DNA from: Candidatus Levyibacteriota bacterium
Lineage (GTDB): Bacteria; Patescibacteriota; Microgenomatia; Levybacterales; UBA12049
Direction of reading: 5' to 3'
Assembly (NCBI GenBank): GCA_003152105.1
Contig: PLZJ01000003.1
Span: 134,899-198,898 of the forward strand
Length of the DNA stretch: 64,000 nt
Of this stretch, positions 1-9,881 are shown piece after piece; the stretch's first letter is position 1; each line of letters starts with the position of its first letter. The notes under the pieces are model-generated. The model worked only from the letters and a program-made list of their open reading frames with translations. It had not been told where the DNA came from and ran no database searches. The position numbers and the translations under genes were made by a program.

Positions 1-161
1 ATATCCGCTCTATCAAAATGTCGATTTTTATCTCTTTCCTCAAGTGCAAGAATCTCATTTATCCATGGAGGAGTGTCTTTGTCAGGCTTCACTTCACCTG
101 ATCGGAAACGGTCAAGTATACTAACCAACACATCTCCATGATCTCTATTTTCTGACTGCAT
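1..161 (-). CDS. hypothetical protein, N-terminal part (runs off the window start)
   Basis: Read by hand: ATG at 161, MQSENRDHGDVLVSILDRFRSGEVKPDKDTPPWINEILALEEK..., open to the window edge; TAAAAT -10-like hexamer 6 nt upstream. Confidence 0.6.
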   Translation of the reverse strand, partial: MQSENRDHGDVLVSILDRFRSGEVKPDKDTPPWINEILALEERDKNRHFDRAD

Positions 162-292
162 ATAGTAATTTTATATCCTATGCAAGTGCGTGTGTCAAAT
201 ACTAAACAAGTAGACAAACGAAGTGTTCTTACCTAATTGTTGCGGAGTTCTTATATTGTTATAATTGATGAGATATATACTATACATAATAT

Positions 293-613
293 ATGTTACT
301 TGCATTAATTGCTGCACTCTTTGTACTTTGGTTTTTTGGATATATACATATTCAGGGATTACAAATTCCAGACATGTCTCTCTTTACTATAAATAATCAT
401 GTGATAACGCTTTGGAATATTCTAATTCTTCTTGTTATAGGTATTATTATTGGAGAGCTTCCAAATCCATTTCGAGCAATTGCGTCTGTCTTTTTAGTAC
501 TTTGGGTTTTATCAGTACTTGGAATAATTGCTTTTGCTGGACTTGATAGTATACTTATTATTTCACTAATCGTAGGGCTTGTACTATATGTAATCACTGG
601 TGCAAGAGCCTAA
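293..613 (+). CDS. small integral membrane hypothetical protein
   Basis: 106 aa, almost entirely hydrophobic, 3-4 TM segments. Confidence 0.7.
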   Translation: MLLALIAALFVLWFFGYIHIQGLQIPDMSLFTINNHVITLWNILILLVIGIIIGELPNPFRAIASVFLVLWVLSVLGIIAFAGLDSILIISLIVGLVLYVITGARA

Positions 614-627
614 GATTCCTTACATAG

Positions 628-1329
628 TTACTTAATGTGATCTGACATATTTAGCTCAAGTAATTTATTCAACAATTCTCCAATTTCATAACTTGACGTA
701 TCAATATCGTTTGTCTTAAGAGTTCTAAGTCCTTCGATAATTTTTCGGACTTGCACTGCTTGATCTTTTTTTAAATAATCAATTTTTACTTCATTTTCAG
801 TAAATGTCCGAGATACGACTTGCAAAGAAGCAAAAAAGATACCCGCTTCAATAAATACATTTGTAATATCTTTAATATCAATACTATGTGATTGATATGC
901 CAAAAATTGTCGAAAATTAAAGGTAATTCGATTTTCTTCAACATCAATAGTGTTTGGAAACAAAGTAAATGGAAACGTGGATGAAATACTAATAAGTCGT
1001 CTATTTGATTGTTTGACCAGTTCTTCAACTATATGCTTATCGCTTTCAATTTTGACTTTTTGATCTGCAGCATACTGATCTAATCCCTTGTCTTCTGCAA
1101 TATGCGTTTTTTCTATTTTGTGTTGCAAAATGTTTACGCTTGTAAGTGAATCCTCAGATGTATTTATTTTTTTATTTCTTTGGCCTTGATCATATAATTT
1201 TTTAAGCCAAAAACTTACTTTATTTTCTTCAGTTTGTAATGATTGCCTATCTCTTACCTTAAAAGGATTTTTTGAAAATATAATAGTTGATTTTACTTTC
1301 ACGTATGTACAGTATACTCCTTTATACAT
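628..1329 (-). CDS. hypothetical protein with C-terminal bacterial PH-like domain
   Basis: C-terminal FPFTLFPNTIDVEENRITF...SIDIKDITNV...FFASLQV pattern typical of bPH-like proteins; start uncertain. Confidence 0.55.
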   Translation of the reverse strand: MYKGVYCTYVKVKSTIIFSKNPFKVRDRQSLQTEENKVSFWLKKLYDQGQRNKKINTSEDSLTSVNILQHKIEKTHIAEDKGLDQYAADQKVKIESDKHIVEELVKQSNRRLISISSTFPFTLFPNTIDVEENRITFNFRQFLAYQSHSIDIKDITNVFIEAGIFFASLQVVSRTFTENEVKIDYLKKDQAVQVRKIIEGLRTLKTNDIDTSSYEIGELLNKLLELNMSDHIK

Positions 1330-1364
1330 AAGGAGAGCTTTAGCGCTTCACCTACTTCCACTAA

Positions 1365-1395
1365 AAAACCACAAACAAGCGCTGTTTGTGGTTTT
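1365..1395 (-). terminator. intrinsic terminator downstream of the YciI-family gene
   Basis: Perfect 13-bp inverted repeat AAAACCACAAACA-agcgc-TGTTTGTGGTTTT, U-tract on the minus strand, 12 nt after the stop at 1408. Confidence 0.8.
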
Positions 1396-1407
1396 AAAAG
1401 CAAGAAG

Positions 1408-1716
1408 TTACATGTCTTTTGCTTCACGAATTTCGACAATACCACCAAATTTAAGATGTGGTGCCATTTGCGCTGCTTTAACAGCATTTTCCATTGAATC
1501 TACTTCAAGTTCTAGCGTTCCAGCAACATCATTATGTGAAGCTTTATAGTCTTCTACACTGTCTGTTGTTACGAGCTTACCACCTGCAAGTGGAACACCT
1601 CCACGAAGAGCTCCTCTGTTCTTGAGCTCATCCATATATGCCATCCATTCCTTTGAATGTTCTTCTAGTTGTTCTTTGGAAACATTTCCTCCTCGAATTA
1701 AAAATAATACCTTCAT
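1408..1716 (-). CDS. YciI family protein
   Basis: WMAYMDEL..G.L.GG.PL and VAG...LEVDSMENAV..A...P....GG.VEIRE pattern; strong SD AAAGGAGGTGAA at 1722-1733. Confidence 0.8.
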   Translation of the reverse strand: MKVLFLIRGGNVSKEQLEEHSKEWMAYMDELKNRGALRGGVPLAGGKLVTTDSVEDYKASHNDVAGTLELEVDSMENAVKAAQMAPHLKFGGIVEIREAKDM

Positions 1717-1793
1717 TTCTATTCACCTCCTTTCGTCATAAAAGTATATCACGAAAAGAAAAGGGGAATTACGGGAAAATATGAAAAAAACGA

Positions 1794-2450
1794 TTAGATT
1801 TGTTCTTCGGAGATAGCAGAAATGTCATCTGCCACTTGTTCAGGGATTATTTTCTTTGTTGTTTTTTTGACAATTTTTTTAACTGGAGGAGTAGGGAAAT
1901 CTACTACGGCTTCTTCAACAACTGGCAATACCTTTTCAACAGTGATTTCTGGTTTCGCTTTTTTTACTTTCTTCGTAGATTCTAATTTTATAGGCTCAAC
2001 ACTTACTTCTTCTTTTGAAGAAGTAGACAGTAAGGATAGTATCTTATCTAATTTTGCATTTACTTCGTCTAACGAAACATTATTTCGAGGTCGCTCATCT
2101 GAACGTTGATTTCCTTTTTCTTTTTGTTCAAAACAATGACTACAGAAAACTTCTCTGCCTTGTCGAGGCTGAAAAGGAATTTGACATCTGTTTCCACAAT
2201 TATCACAAATTGCGTCATACATTGGTCGATCTTGTGGATTTTGTGAACGTCTATCATCATTTCGACGATTCCCTCCACCTTCTAGTTTAAAACAATCATT
2301 ACAAAATAATGGTCTGTTTCCTGTTGGCTTAAAGGGGACTTGGCACGCTGCACCACATTTACTACAAACTGCGCTATGCATTGGGGGGCGTTCTACTCCA
2401 CGATTATATACACTTCTTCCTCTATCTGATCTTCCGTTAAAAATGGCCAT
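1794..2450 (-). CDS. CxxC-x17-CxxC zinc-ribbon repeat protein
   Basis: Two repeats: CSKCG..CQVPFKP...RPLFCNDC and CDNCG..CQIPFQP...REVFCSHC; Lys-rich tail. Confidence 0.88.
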   Translation of the reverse strand: MAIFNGRSDRGRSVYNRGVERPPMHSAVCSKCGAACQVPFKPTGNRPLFCNDCFKLEGGGNRRNDDRRSQNPQDRPMYDAICDNCGNRCQIPFQPRQGREVFCSHCFEQKEKGNQRSDERPRNNVSLDEVNAKLDKILSLLSTSSKEEVSVEPIKLESTKKVKKAKPEITVEKVLPVVEEAVVDFPTPPVKKIVKKTTKKIIPEQVADDISAISEEQI

Positions 2451-2546
2451 AATGTAGTATAACAGAAATAGTCCTATAAAAACACGAGCAAAGCAAAATA
2501 TACTATTATTGCTTCTTTTTAAGCAAAGTACTATACTCCAGGTACT

Positions 2547-2777
2547 ATGTCCAGGCCTGAATCAAGACCACAGAATCCAGAAAGAGAAAACGCTGATGCA
2601 AGACGCCGACAATTAAATAGAGATATGGTTGAAAAAGGAAAAAATAGACCTTGGCCACCACTTGTATCCCCAACACAACCAGAGCATTCGCCTAATAACT
2701 ATCCAGAAACTCGTCATACAAACCCAAATAGGCAATTACATTCGCATACACCGAAAAGACTTTTGCACAACAAATAA
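2547..2777 (+). CDS. hypothetical protein (disordered, Pro/Arg-rich)
   Basis: 76-aa ORF; TATACT hexamer 9 nt upstream of the ATG. Confidence 0.5.
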   Translation: MSRPESRPQNPERENADARRRQLNRDMVEKGKNRPWPPLVSPTQPEHSPNNYPETRHTNPNRQLHSHTPKRLLHNK

Positions 2778-2799
2778 GGCAGAGTGATATACTACACAT

Positions 2800-3078
2800 A
2801 TGAAGCTTTTGAATAGTCGGAACTTATTTCTTTGTCTTCTTTTACTACTTGCTATCACTTTTATTTTTGCCATTAATCAGTTTTTCATGCTTAGAACGGC
2901 ACATAGCTCATTTGAAAACTACTATAACTTTAGAGGTTGTGTTAGTTTAGTTAAAAAAACAAAAACCTATGGCATTTGTAAGCTCTCATCTGGTAAAACA
3001 ATAAAACTTGTACTTTTTCAAAATAAATGGTATTTAGATAATGATCTTCCTTTTTGTATTGCAAATCATTGTTTTTAA
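2800..3078 (+). CDS. small membrane-anchored Cys-containing hypothetical protein
   Basis: N-terminal TM; FRGC...GIC...KWYL..DLP.C; extended -10 TGaTATACT 6 nt before the ATG. Confidence 0.7.
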   Translation: MKLLNSRNLFLCLLLLLAITFIFAINQFFMLRTAHSSFENYYNFRGCVSLVKKTKTYGICKLSSGKTIKLVLFQNKWYLDNDLPFCIANHCF

Positions 3079-3183
3079 TATCCCAGTAACCCTACCGCAG
3101 CGGCATACATAAGCTACATTACTAAAAAATTGGACAAATATAAAAAAATTATATATTATTACTAAACGAGCAGTATAAACGAT

Positions 3184-4101
3184 ATGCCAAAACGTATACA
3201 TGTTTCCATTGCTCTTCCTACATATTCTGGTGGAGAAAGCTTAATCCATACCTTAAAATCCATTTATTCTCAAAGTGCGTATAAAAAATTGCACCACATA
3301 TTGGTAGTTGTTGATGGAAAAAAACTTTCTAAGAAAATACGACTCGAAATACAAAATCCAAAGTTACTCATAAAATACTATCCAAAGAGAAGGGGACAGG
3401 CTGTTCGAATAAATAATATATTTGATTTACTTTTTGATGATTTGATAATACTGACAAACGATGACGTGTTATTGGATCGAAATGTTGTTGAAAATATCAT
3501 ACAAACGTTTCAAAAAACAAAAGCTGATCTAATAGGTTGCAATGTGCAGCCACTAAGTTTTTCTAATGTATTTACAAAAGCGCTCTTTACAGGCCAAATG
3601 GTTCATAAATATATTGCACATAATTGGAATAGGGGAAACAATTACTTTACCTGTAATGGAAGGCTAATTGCAGTTTCAAGAAATCTTGCTAAAAAAATTG
3701 AAATACCAAAAGGTGCAGTAAATAATGATGCATTTATCTATATCTTTACCAAACTTCATAAATTTAAATATGCATTTGCAAAACAAGCGATATGTTATTA
3801 CAAACTTCCTGGAAACTTTAGTGAACACTTACAACAAAATAACAGATTTCAAAATTCTCTCAAAGAAAATAAAGCATACTTTTCCAAACAAATCTATTCA
3901 ATTTACAATTTTCCAAAATCGTTAGCACTGAAAAGCTTTGCCAAATCATTTGTAGCCCATCCTCTTTCTACATTACTCTATATACAAATCCTTTTAAAAA
4001 CGATGAAGCTAAATCTTACGAGTAAAAAGTTTAGAAAAAAAGCGATTTGGAAAACAGATATCAGCACAAAAACATTTAATAAATCACTTCTTGTAAAATA
4101 A
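3184..4101 (+). CDS. glycosyltransferase family 2
   Basis: VSIALPTY, VVVDG, LTNDDV (DxD-like), NNDAF; GT-A fold. Confidence 0.85.
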   Translation: MPKRIHVSIALPTYSGGESLIHTLKSIYSQSAYKKLHHILVVVDGKKLSKKIRLEIQNPKLLIKYYPKRRGQAVRINNIFDLLFDDLIILTNDDVLLDRNVVENIIQTFQKTKADLIGCNVQPLSFSNVFTKALFTGQMVHKYIAHNWNRGNNYFTCNGRLIAVSRNLAKKIEIPKGAVNNDAFIYIFTKLHKFKYAFAKQAICYYKLPGNFSEHLQQNNRFQNSLKENKAYFSKQIYSIYNFPKSLALKSFAKSFVAHPLSTLLYIQILLKTMKLNLTSKKFRKKAIWKTDISTKTFNKSLLVK

Positions 4102-4141
4102 GTACCGCGTCGTATGTAAACTAAACAAAGATTAAGTGTAA

Positions 4142-5326
4142 TTAGTGTGGGGTAAAGGATATGGCGTCAAGCCAAATAATACTAGACACTTTTGCTAAAT
4201 TAAACTTAACTGAAGCATAAGGGTCAGTCACATGAGAAGTAAATGAATACGTGAATTGTTGCCATTCAGGTGTAATGGTAAAGTCTGCTGTATCATATGG
4301 CTTATGATTTTTATATTGTATAAAAATCTTAAGTGGCCTGCTTATTGTAGCTTTTGCGTAAAAAGTAAGTGTATATGATCTACCAGCTACAAGATTTAAA
4401 TTATTTTGGATAATTTGATAAAACCAATCTCTATCCGCAACATTACCTATATAGGCTACGAAAGAACTATTTCCATCATACGAAGTTGAATTATCTATAG
4501 CATAAAAAGCAGTATATCCTGCACGTTTATAAATATACCAAGGCAAAAAACCGTTTTCAAACGAACCATTGATTAGTGTATTTTTTACTGAAGTTGGAGT
4601 TGGTGTATTTGTAGGTGCTCCAATTGTAGGTATTGGAGTATCAGTTGGAGCTTGAGTAGGAGAAGGTGTCGGTGTATTAGTTGGAATTGGAGTCGCAGTT
4701 GGGGTTGGCGTAGGATTTGCAATATAATATGTACCATTAGTTATGGTAGTTGATTCATCCGTATGAGTACTAGCAGAAATAATGTGGACATCAGTAACAT
4801 TTATGGTACCTGTTCCTACAGCAAGTGCTTGTATGACAAGTTGATAAACTGAACAACTTTGTGAATTATTACCAATTATTCCACCTAAGAAGCTTGGATT
4901 TAAAAGACTTGGAATTTTTATATATGAAAATTTACATAGGCCAACAGTTGGATATAGAATTGATTTGACAAGTAAATTCGAAGAAACTGCAATATTTGCT
5001 TGTGCAACATTAAAAGGATCTAGGCTTTTAATTCCAAGCGAAACAGTAAATGTACTTCCTGGTTGTATTGTCTGAGAGCTTGGACTAATAAACATTGCTG
5101 ATTGAGGTGCCACTTGTTGTGGAGCTGGTGGTTCAAGATTCGGACCAGCAGCATGATTTTGTGTTGTTAAAAAAGTTTTTGAAAGTATTGGCGTAGCAAC
5201 AACAAGAAGCGTTAATACTACCAGGCCAGATTTGATAATAAAATTCTGGTTCTTAAATGATTGCCATACACTTATCACGTACGGATATCTTCTGCTTAAA
5301 TGATCATGTAATCTATTATTTGTCAT
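4142..5326 (-). CDS. secreted/anchored protein: cohesin-like domain, Pro/Thr linker, CBM4/9-like domain
   Basis: N-terminal TM; FISPSSQTIQPGSTFTVSL...FNVAQANI (cohesin-like); PTPTPT linker; LINGSFENG..PW...GRSYTLTFYAKA...ITPEWQQFTYSF...IWLDAISF (CBM4_9-like). Confidence 0.75.
   Translation of the reverse strand: MTNNRLHDHLSRRYPYVISVWQSFKNQNFIIKSGLVVLTLLVVATPILSKTFLTTQNHAAGPNLEPPAPQQVAPQSAMFISPSSQTIQPGSTFTVSLGIKSLDPFNVAQANIAVSSNLLVKSILYPTVGLCKFSYIKIPSLLNPSFLGGIIGNNSQSCSVYQLVIQALAVGTGTINVTDVHIISASTHTDESTTITNGTYYIANPTPTPTATPIPTNTPTPSPTQAPTDTPIPTIGAPTNTPTPTSVKNTLINGSFENGFLPWYIYKRAGYTAFYAIDNSTSYDGNSSFVAYIGNVADRDWFYQIIQNNLNLVAGRSYTLTFYAKATISRPLKIFIQYKNHKPYDTADFTITPEWQQFTYSFTSHVTDPYASVKFNLAKVSSIIWLDAISFTPH
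4592..4645. repeat. 54-bp direct repeat, copy 1 (second copy 5903-5956)
   Basis: AGTTGGAGTTGGTGTATTTGTAGGTGCTCCAATTGTAGGT(AT/GC)TGGAGTATCAGT; 52/54 identical; encodes TDTP(I/A)PTIGAPTNTPTPT in both linkers. Confidence 0.9.
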
Positions 5327-5368
5327 ATTGTTAAAATCAAAATTATCGATATAACCTTATACTACATA

Positions 5369-7315
5369 TTAATGTCCAAATTGACTAGCAAATATTGAAA
5401 AGTCAGTTGCGTTGATAACCCCATCTCCATTCATGTCTGAAAATGGATTAAATCCAGATGTTTTATCATAATCACTTAAAAATATTGAATAATCATACAA
5501 ATCCACAACACCATCACCATTTATATCTCCTAATTTATGGACATTAAAGGTAATTTGTGTAGCAGGAGACGAAACTCCAGCTGCATTTTGGCCAACTATT
5601 GCAAATGATTGAAGCCCAATTGGCTTAAGTGTTACCGATGCTTGCCACGTTGTACTTGTTGGATATGTAGTGGTCGAATTTCCGACACTATTAAATAGTA
5701 TTTGCGTCTCCCAACTATCTTTTGTACCAGTTAACACATATGTTGTTTGATACGTTGAAATATTGCTGCTAGTTGGTGATGTGATCACCGGTGCGCTTAG
5801 TGGTTGAGGAGTTGGAGTTGGAGTTGGTGTTGACGTTGGTGGTGGCGCAGTAGGCGTAGGGGTATTTGTTGGCGCTGGTGGAGTTGACGTTGGTGGAAGA
5901 AGAGTTGGAGTTGGTGTATTTGTAGGTGCTCCAATTGTAGGTGCTGGAGTATCAGTAACTATTGGTTCGGGAGTACTCGTTGCAACAACAATATTGTGTT
6001 TTGCAGCAATTACTCTAAAGTAATTTTGGATATAAATACCTCCACCACCTTTGTCGCAGGTAGTTGGCATCCAACTCGTCCACGCTACTTTTTGATTATC
6101 TTGCGTTGCTTTTGGCTTTCTGACCGTTGTTGCACCTGAGCCATCAAATGCATGGACAAGAAGACCGATATTGTGTGCATCAAGATAGTTAAAGAATGAT
6201 GTATCTCTTTTTTCGCCACACAAAGAATCTGTTGCTGAATTTTTTTGATTCCATTCAGTTACCAAAACAGGATATTTATTCGATAAATTACCAAATGCCC
6301 TATCCCAATCTGAGTCATCAAACGTATTTGGATCTATACTACCATACTTAAATACTGCATAAGGATGTTCTGTATAGACAATATTTGGATCATCAAGTAG
6401 ATATGAATCACCAGGATTATTAGGATCTGGCTTTTGAATATTTTCTAAACTCTCAGCCCATTCACCACCATCAGCAATTATTACATTTGTTGCATGATAT
6501 CCTCTAATTTCATTAACCAAATCCTGCATACCTACAATATCTGGATTTGGATCTTCACTTGATACTTTATTTACTTTTATCGGGCAAGACTGATCGACCA
6601 TACAATATTTTCTACCCCATTTCCATTCTTGCCAACCCGTATAGACTGTTTGTCCATTTTCAATTTTTGTGGTGTTTGAATTATTTTGCGGTTCATTATA
6701 TATTTCAAAAATTACTTGTGGATCATTTGCAAGAGGGGACTGCGCAAGTAATTTCCAGGCAGTTTCAGTATCAACTGTTGGCAAAAGACTTTGCGATCCA
6801 CAACCATTATATTCATCATTCACATTTATAATAATACCCGTAACATATTTTTTAGAAAGCGCGACATCTGCTTCTAGTTTATTCAAGTAGTCATTAGCAG
6901 AAATATGTGAATCATTTCCTGCAAGTGCAGGTTGGGAAACTTGATAACGAAGCATTGAGGGAGAACCCCAATTTTGCTTCATGTAGGAAAGCTCATTATC
7001 ATTTAAATTATATGCAGAACCATATGAGCTATTATCACCACAATTTGCTTGATTTAGTGTTCCCATCATATTAAATCCCCACGCAGTAAAGGGACTATCG
7101 TTGTAATATAAAGTTTTACCAATAACATGAAACCCTTGTTCTGATGCTGCGAAATTATGTAACGATTGCTGAAGCATTATTCCAGATGGAATTGAAAGTG
7201 TTATAAGAAGTAACGCAACGATTGCAGACTTTGTTGTCAAAGAAAGAGAGGAAAATAATTTCCATGATTTTTGAATATATGATACGTGTTTTGTATTTGT
7301 CACAATTTCAGCCAT
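5369..7315 (-). CDS. glycoside hydrolase family 5 (cellulase family) with Pro/Thr linker, Ig-like domain and C-terminal dockerin
   Basis: FEIYNEP (acid/base), YTEHPY, VLVTEWN (nucleophile); dockerin repeats GDINGDGVVDLYD and DMNGDGVINATD. Confidence 0.88.
   Translation of the reverse strand: MAEIVTNTKHVSYIQKSWKLFSSLSLTTKSAIVALLLITLSIPSGIMLQQSLHNFAASEQGFHVIGKTLYYNDSPFTAWGFNMMGTLNQANCGDNSSYGSAYNLNDNELSYMKQNWGSPSMLRYQVSQPALAGNDSHISANDYLNKLEADVALSKKYVTGIIINVNDEYNGCGSQSLLPTVDTETAWKLLAQSPLANDPQVIFEIYNEPQNNSNTTKIENGQTVYTGWQEWKWGRKYCMVDQSCPIKVNKVSSEDPNPDIVGMQDLVNEIRGYHATNVIIADGGEWAESLENIQKPDPNNPGDSYLLDDPNIVYTEHPYAVFKYGSIDPNTFDDSDWDRAFGNLSNKYPVLVTEWNQKNSATDSLCGEKRDTSFFNYLDAHNIGLLVHAFDGSGATTVRKPKATQDNQKVAWTSWMPTTCDKGGGGIYIQNYFRVIAAKHNIVVATSTPEPIVTDTPAPTIGAPTNTPTPTLLPPTSTPPAPTNTPTPTAPPPTSTPTPTPTPQPLSAPVITSPTSSNISTYQTTYVLTGTKDSWETQILFNSVGNSTTTYPTSTTWQASVTLKPIGLQSFAIVGQNAAGVSSPATQITFNVHKLGDINGDGVVDLYDYSIFLSDYDKTSGFNPFSDMNGDGVINATDFSIFASQFGH
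5903..5956. repeat. 54-bp direct repeat, copy 2
   Basis: Matches 4592-4645 at 52/54 positions. Confidence 0.9.
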
Positions 7316-7324
7316 ACCTACTCT

Positions 7325-7354
7325 AGTATAGTGAGTAAATTATCAAGAAGTCAA
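7325..7354 (-). promoter_or_regulatory. sigma70-type promoter of the GH5-dockerin gene
   Basis: Minus strand TTGACT-18 nt-TATACT, 9 nt before the ATG at 7315. Confidence 0.65.
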
Positions 7355-7529
7355 CTTTTAGATGATAAAAATAACTAAATAGTAGTTCAGCTCATCAATA
7401 CAATATAATCAATAAACTAAAACTTGCCAATTGAGATCAAATTGCGTATAATAATCCATAATCCTGAAGCTATTTTTATAACTTCACAAAAAATCTAGGT
7501 AAATTAAGAAAGGCAGAGTAAAAAGTACG

Positions 7530-7979
7530 ATGATAAAGGCAGAAACAAAGAAAATTATAAAATCCTCACTTTTTTTTGAGATATTATTTGTTGTTATCGC
7601 ACTTCTTATTATCTTCTCAGGGAATATAAAAACACAACTTTACAAATGGGATCTTCTTCCTCATCCAGAAACATTTACAGAACTCTATTTTGAAAATCAC
7701 ACATTGCTTCCAACAAAAGTTGAAGCAGGGGAGCCATACACGTTTTCCTTTACGACACACAACTTAGAATACAAAACCATGACCTACACTTATCAAATAC
7801 AAATTCAAGATGGAAGCAGAAAAACAACAATACAAAAGGCAAAATTCACTCTCAACCAAAATCAAAAAAAGACTATCAAAGAAACATTCACAGCACCTCA
7901 ACTTTCCAACAGATCAATGGTTGCTGTTGACCTAACAAACAAAAACAATCAACAAATAGATTTTTGGATTACTGAATAA
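7530..7979 (+). CDS. DUF1616-like membrane-anchored protein
   Basis: TM followed by PETFTELYF...FTTHNLEYKTMTYTY, characteristic of the DUF1616 C-terminal region. Confidence 0.7.
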   Translation: MIKAETKKIIKSSLFFEILFVVIALLIIFSGNIKTQLYKWDLLPHPETFTELYFENHTLLPTKVEAGEPYTFSFTTHNLEYKTMTYTYQIQIQDGSRKTTIQKAKFTLNQNQKKTIKETFTAPQLSNRSMVAVDLTNKNNQQIDFWITE

Positions 7980-7981
7980 CT

Positions 7982-8746
7982 ATGAATAAAAAGAAAAAAA
8001 TTACCGTATTAATCCCTTGTCATAACGAAGAAAAGGGCATAGGAAAAGTTATTGACGAAATACCAGTTAAGAGACTAAAACGCCTAGGATATATTACGGA
8101 AGTTATTGTTATAAACAATAAATCTACCGATCGAACAGCGCATGTTGCACAATCTCGAGGAGCATATGTACTGGTAGAATTTCGCAAAGGTAAAGGACAA
8201 GCACTTCTCGCAGGATTTAATGCAGTTAGTTCAGATACTTCCTATGTAGTCATGCTTGATGGAGATAATACGTATAAAGCAAAAGAAATGTACCGACTCA
8301 TTGAACCACTTGAGAGTAATTTTTGTCATGCAGTGGTTGGTTCTAGACTTAGTGGAAAAATGAAACATAATTCGTTAAAGTTTTCTAATCGAGTTGCAAA
8401 TTGGGTTTATACTTTTCTAGTTAGACAATTTTACCGTGCTAATGTGACCGATGTTTTAAGTGGATACTTTGCGTGGAAAAAAGAAGTTATAGATGATTTG
8501 AAACACCATATTGAATCAACTGATTTTGCAATAGAAATGGATATAATTACAAAAATGGTAAAACTAGGACATGAAGTTTATTCAGTACCAATAACCTATG
8601 ATGTCAGAGAAGGGAAATCAAAAATTAGTGCATTTGAAGACGGCGTACGAATATTCTATGTCTTATTTAAAAATCTATTTTGGATTCCAAAAAAAACACA
8701 ACATATTAAAAATCAACTAACTTACACAAGCAAATCCTCGGCATAA
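7982..8746 (+). CDS. GT2 polyprenol-phosphate glycosyltransferase (DPM1/AglJ-like)
   Basis: IPCHNEE, NNKSTDRT, GKGQA, VMLDGDNTY, VVGSR, TDVLSGY, FAIEMD, R.GKSKI..FEDG. Confidence 0.88.
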   Translation: MNKKKKITVLIPCHNEEKGIGKVIDEIPVKRLKRLGYITEVIVINNKSTDRTAHVAQSRGAYVLVEFRKGKGQALLAGFNAVSSDTSYVVMLDGDNTYKAKEMYRLIEPLESNFCHAVVGSRLSGKMKHNSLKFSNRVANWVYTFLVRQFYRANVTDVLSGYFAWKKEVIDDLKHHIESTDFAIEMDIITKMVKLGHEVYSVPITYDVREGKSKISAFEDGVRIFYVLFKNLFWIPKKTQHIKNQLTYTSKSSA

Positions 8747-8747
8747 C

Positions 8748-9881
8748 ATGAATATATCACCAATAAAGAAAAAGATAGCGATAGTTTCTGATGCAATTTA
8801 TCCCTACAACAAAGGAGGAAAGGAAAAACGTATTTTTGAAATATCTACAAGACTAGCTAAGAGAGGTCACTATGTGCATATATATACAATGAAATGGTGG
8901 AAAGGTGAAAATATTAAAGTTGAAAATGGAGTTACACTTCACGCGATTAGTCCACTATATCCTTTATATTCAGGAAATAGAAGATCTATAAAAGAAGCCA
9001 TATTTTTTGCCTTACATTGTTTTAAATTATTGTATGAAGACTTTGATGTAATTGAAGTTGATCATATGCCACATCTAATTCTGTTTCCACTTAAAATAGT
9101 TTGCTTGATAAGAAGAAAGAGATTAATTGTAACCTGGAATGAAGTTTGGGGAAGAGTATATTGGATTAAATATATGGGAATTCTAGGTAACATTTCATAT
9201 TTTATTGAAAAATTAAGTGTTTTAATGCCTGATGAAATTATCTCAGTTTCTTATCATACTACCAAAAATCTAAAACACATACTAGGTTTTACAAAAAAGA
9301 TTACAACTATTCCAAATGGAATTGACTTAGAATTAATACGAAATACAAAACCATCTAAAAACAAATCAGATATAATTTTTGCTGGCAGGTTATTATCGCA
9401 CAAAAATATTGATGTATTAATAAAATCTATTTCTCTTTTAATAAAAAAACACCCAAAACTTAAATGTATAATCATAGGTGATGGTCCCGAAAAAAATAAA
9501 TTACTTAAACTAACAGATGATTTAAAATTAAATCATAATATTGTATTTCTTAATTTTTTTAAGAAATCTAAGAAATTATATGCATTAATGAAATCATCTA
9601 AAGTTTTTGTTCTACCTTCAACTAGAGAAGGATTTGGAATTGTTGCAATTGAAGCAAACGCATGCAATATCCCCATAATAACTTCAAAACATAAAGATAA
9701 CGCTGCTAAAGATTTAGTTAAAAAAATGGAAGGTTTTGTTATTGAATTAAATGATAAAGAATTAGCAAGAGCTATCGATTTGCAATTTAATCAAAAATTT
9801 ACTAGTAATTTTTTAGAGTCAGAAAAAAAATATAACTGGAATAGTATTACAAATAAAGTTAATAGTATTTATTTAAAATGA
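8748..9881 (+). CDS. glycosyltransferase family 4
   Basis: YPYNKGGKEKR, IPNGID, FAGRL..HKN, PSTREGFGIVAIEA. Confidence 0.9.
   Translation: MNISPIKKKIAIVSDAIYPYNKGGKEKRIFEISTRLAKRGHYVHIYTMKWWKGENIKVENGVTLHAISPLYPLYSGNRRSIKEAIFFALHCFKLLYEDFDVIEVDHMPHLILFPLKIVCLIRRKRLIVTWNEVWGRVYWIKYMGILGNISYFIEKLSVLMPDEIISVSYHTTKNLKHILGFTKKITTIPNGIDLELIRNTKPSKNKSDIIFAGRLLSHKNIDVLIKSISLLIKKHPKLKCIIIGDGPEKNKLLKLTDDLKLNHNIVFLNFFKKSKKLYALMKSSKVFVLPSTREGFGIVAIEANACNIPIITSKHKDNAAKDLVKKMEGFVIELNDKELARAIDLQFNQKFTSNFLESEKKYNWNSITNKVNSIYLK

Noticed and set aside
4590-5980. Repetitive GTTGGAGTTGG/GGTGT tracts as a CRISPR array or tandem repeat locus
   Set aside because: They are codons of Pro/Thr linkers inside two CDSs; there is no constant repeat with unique spacers and no cas gene in the window.
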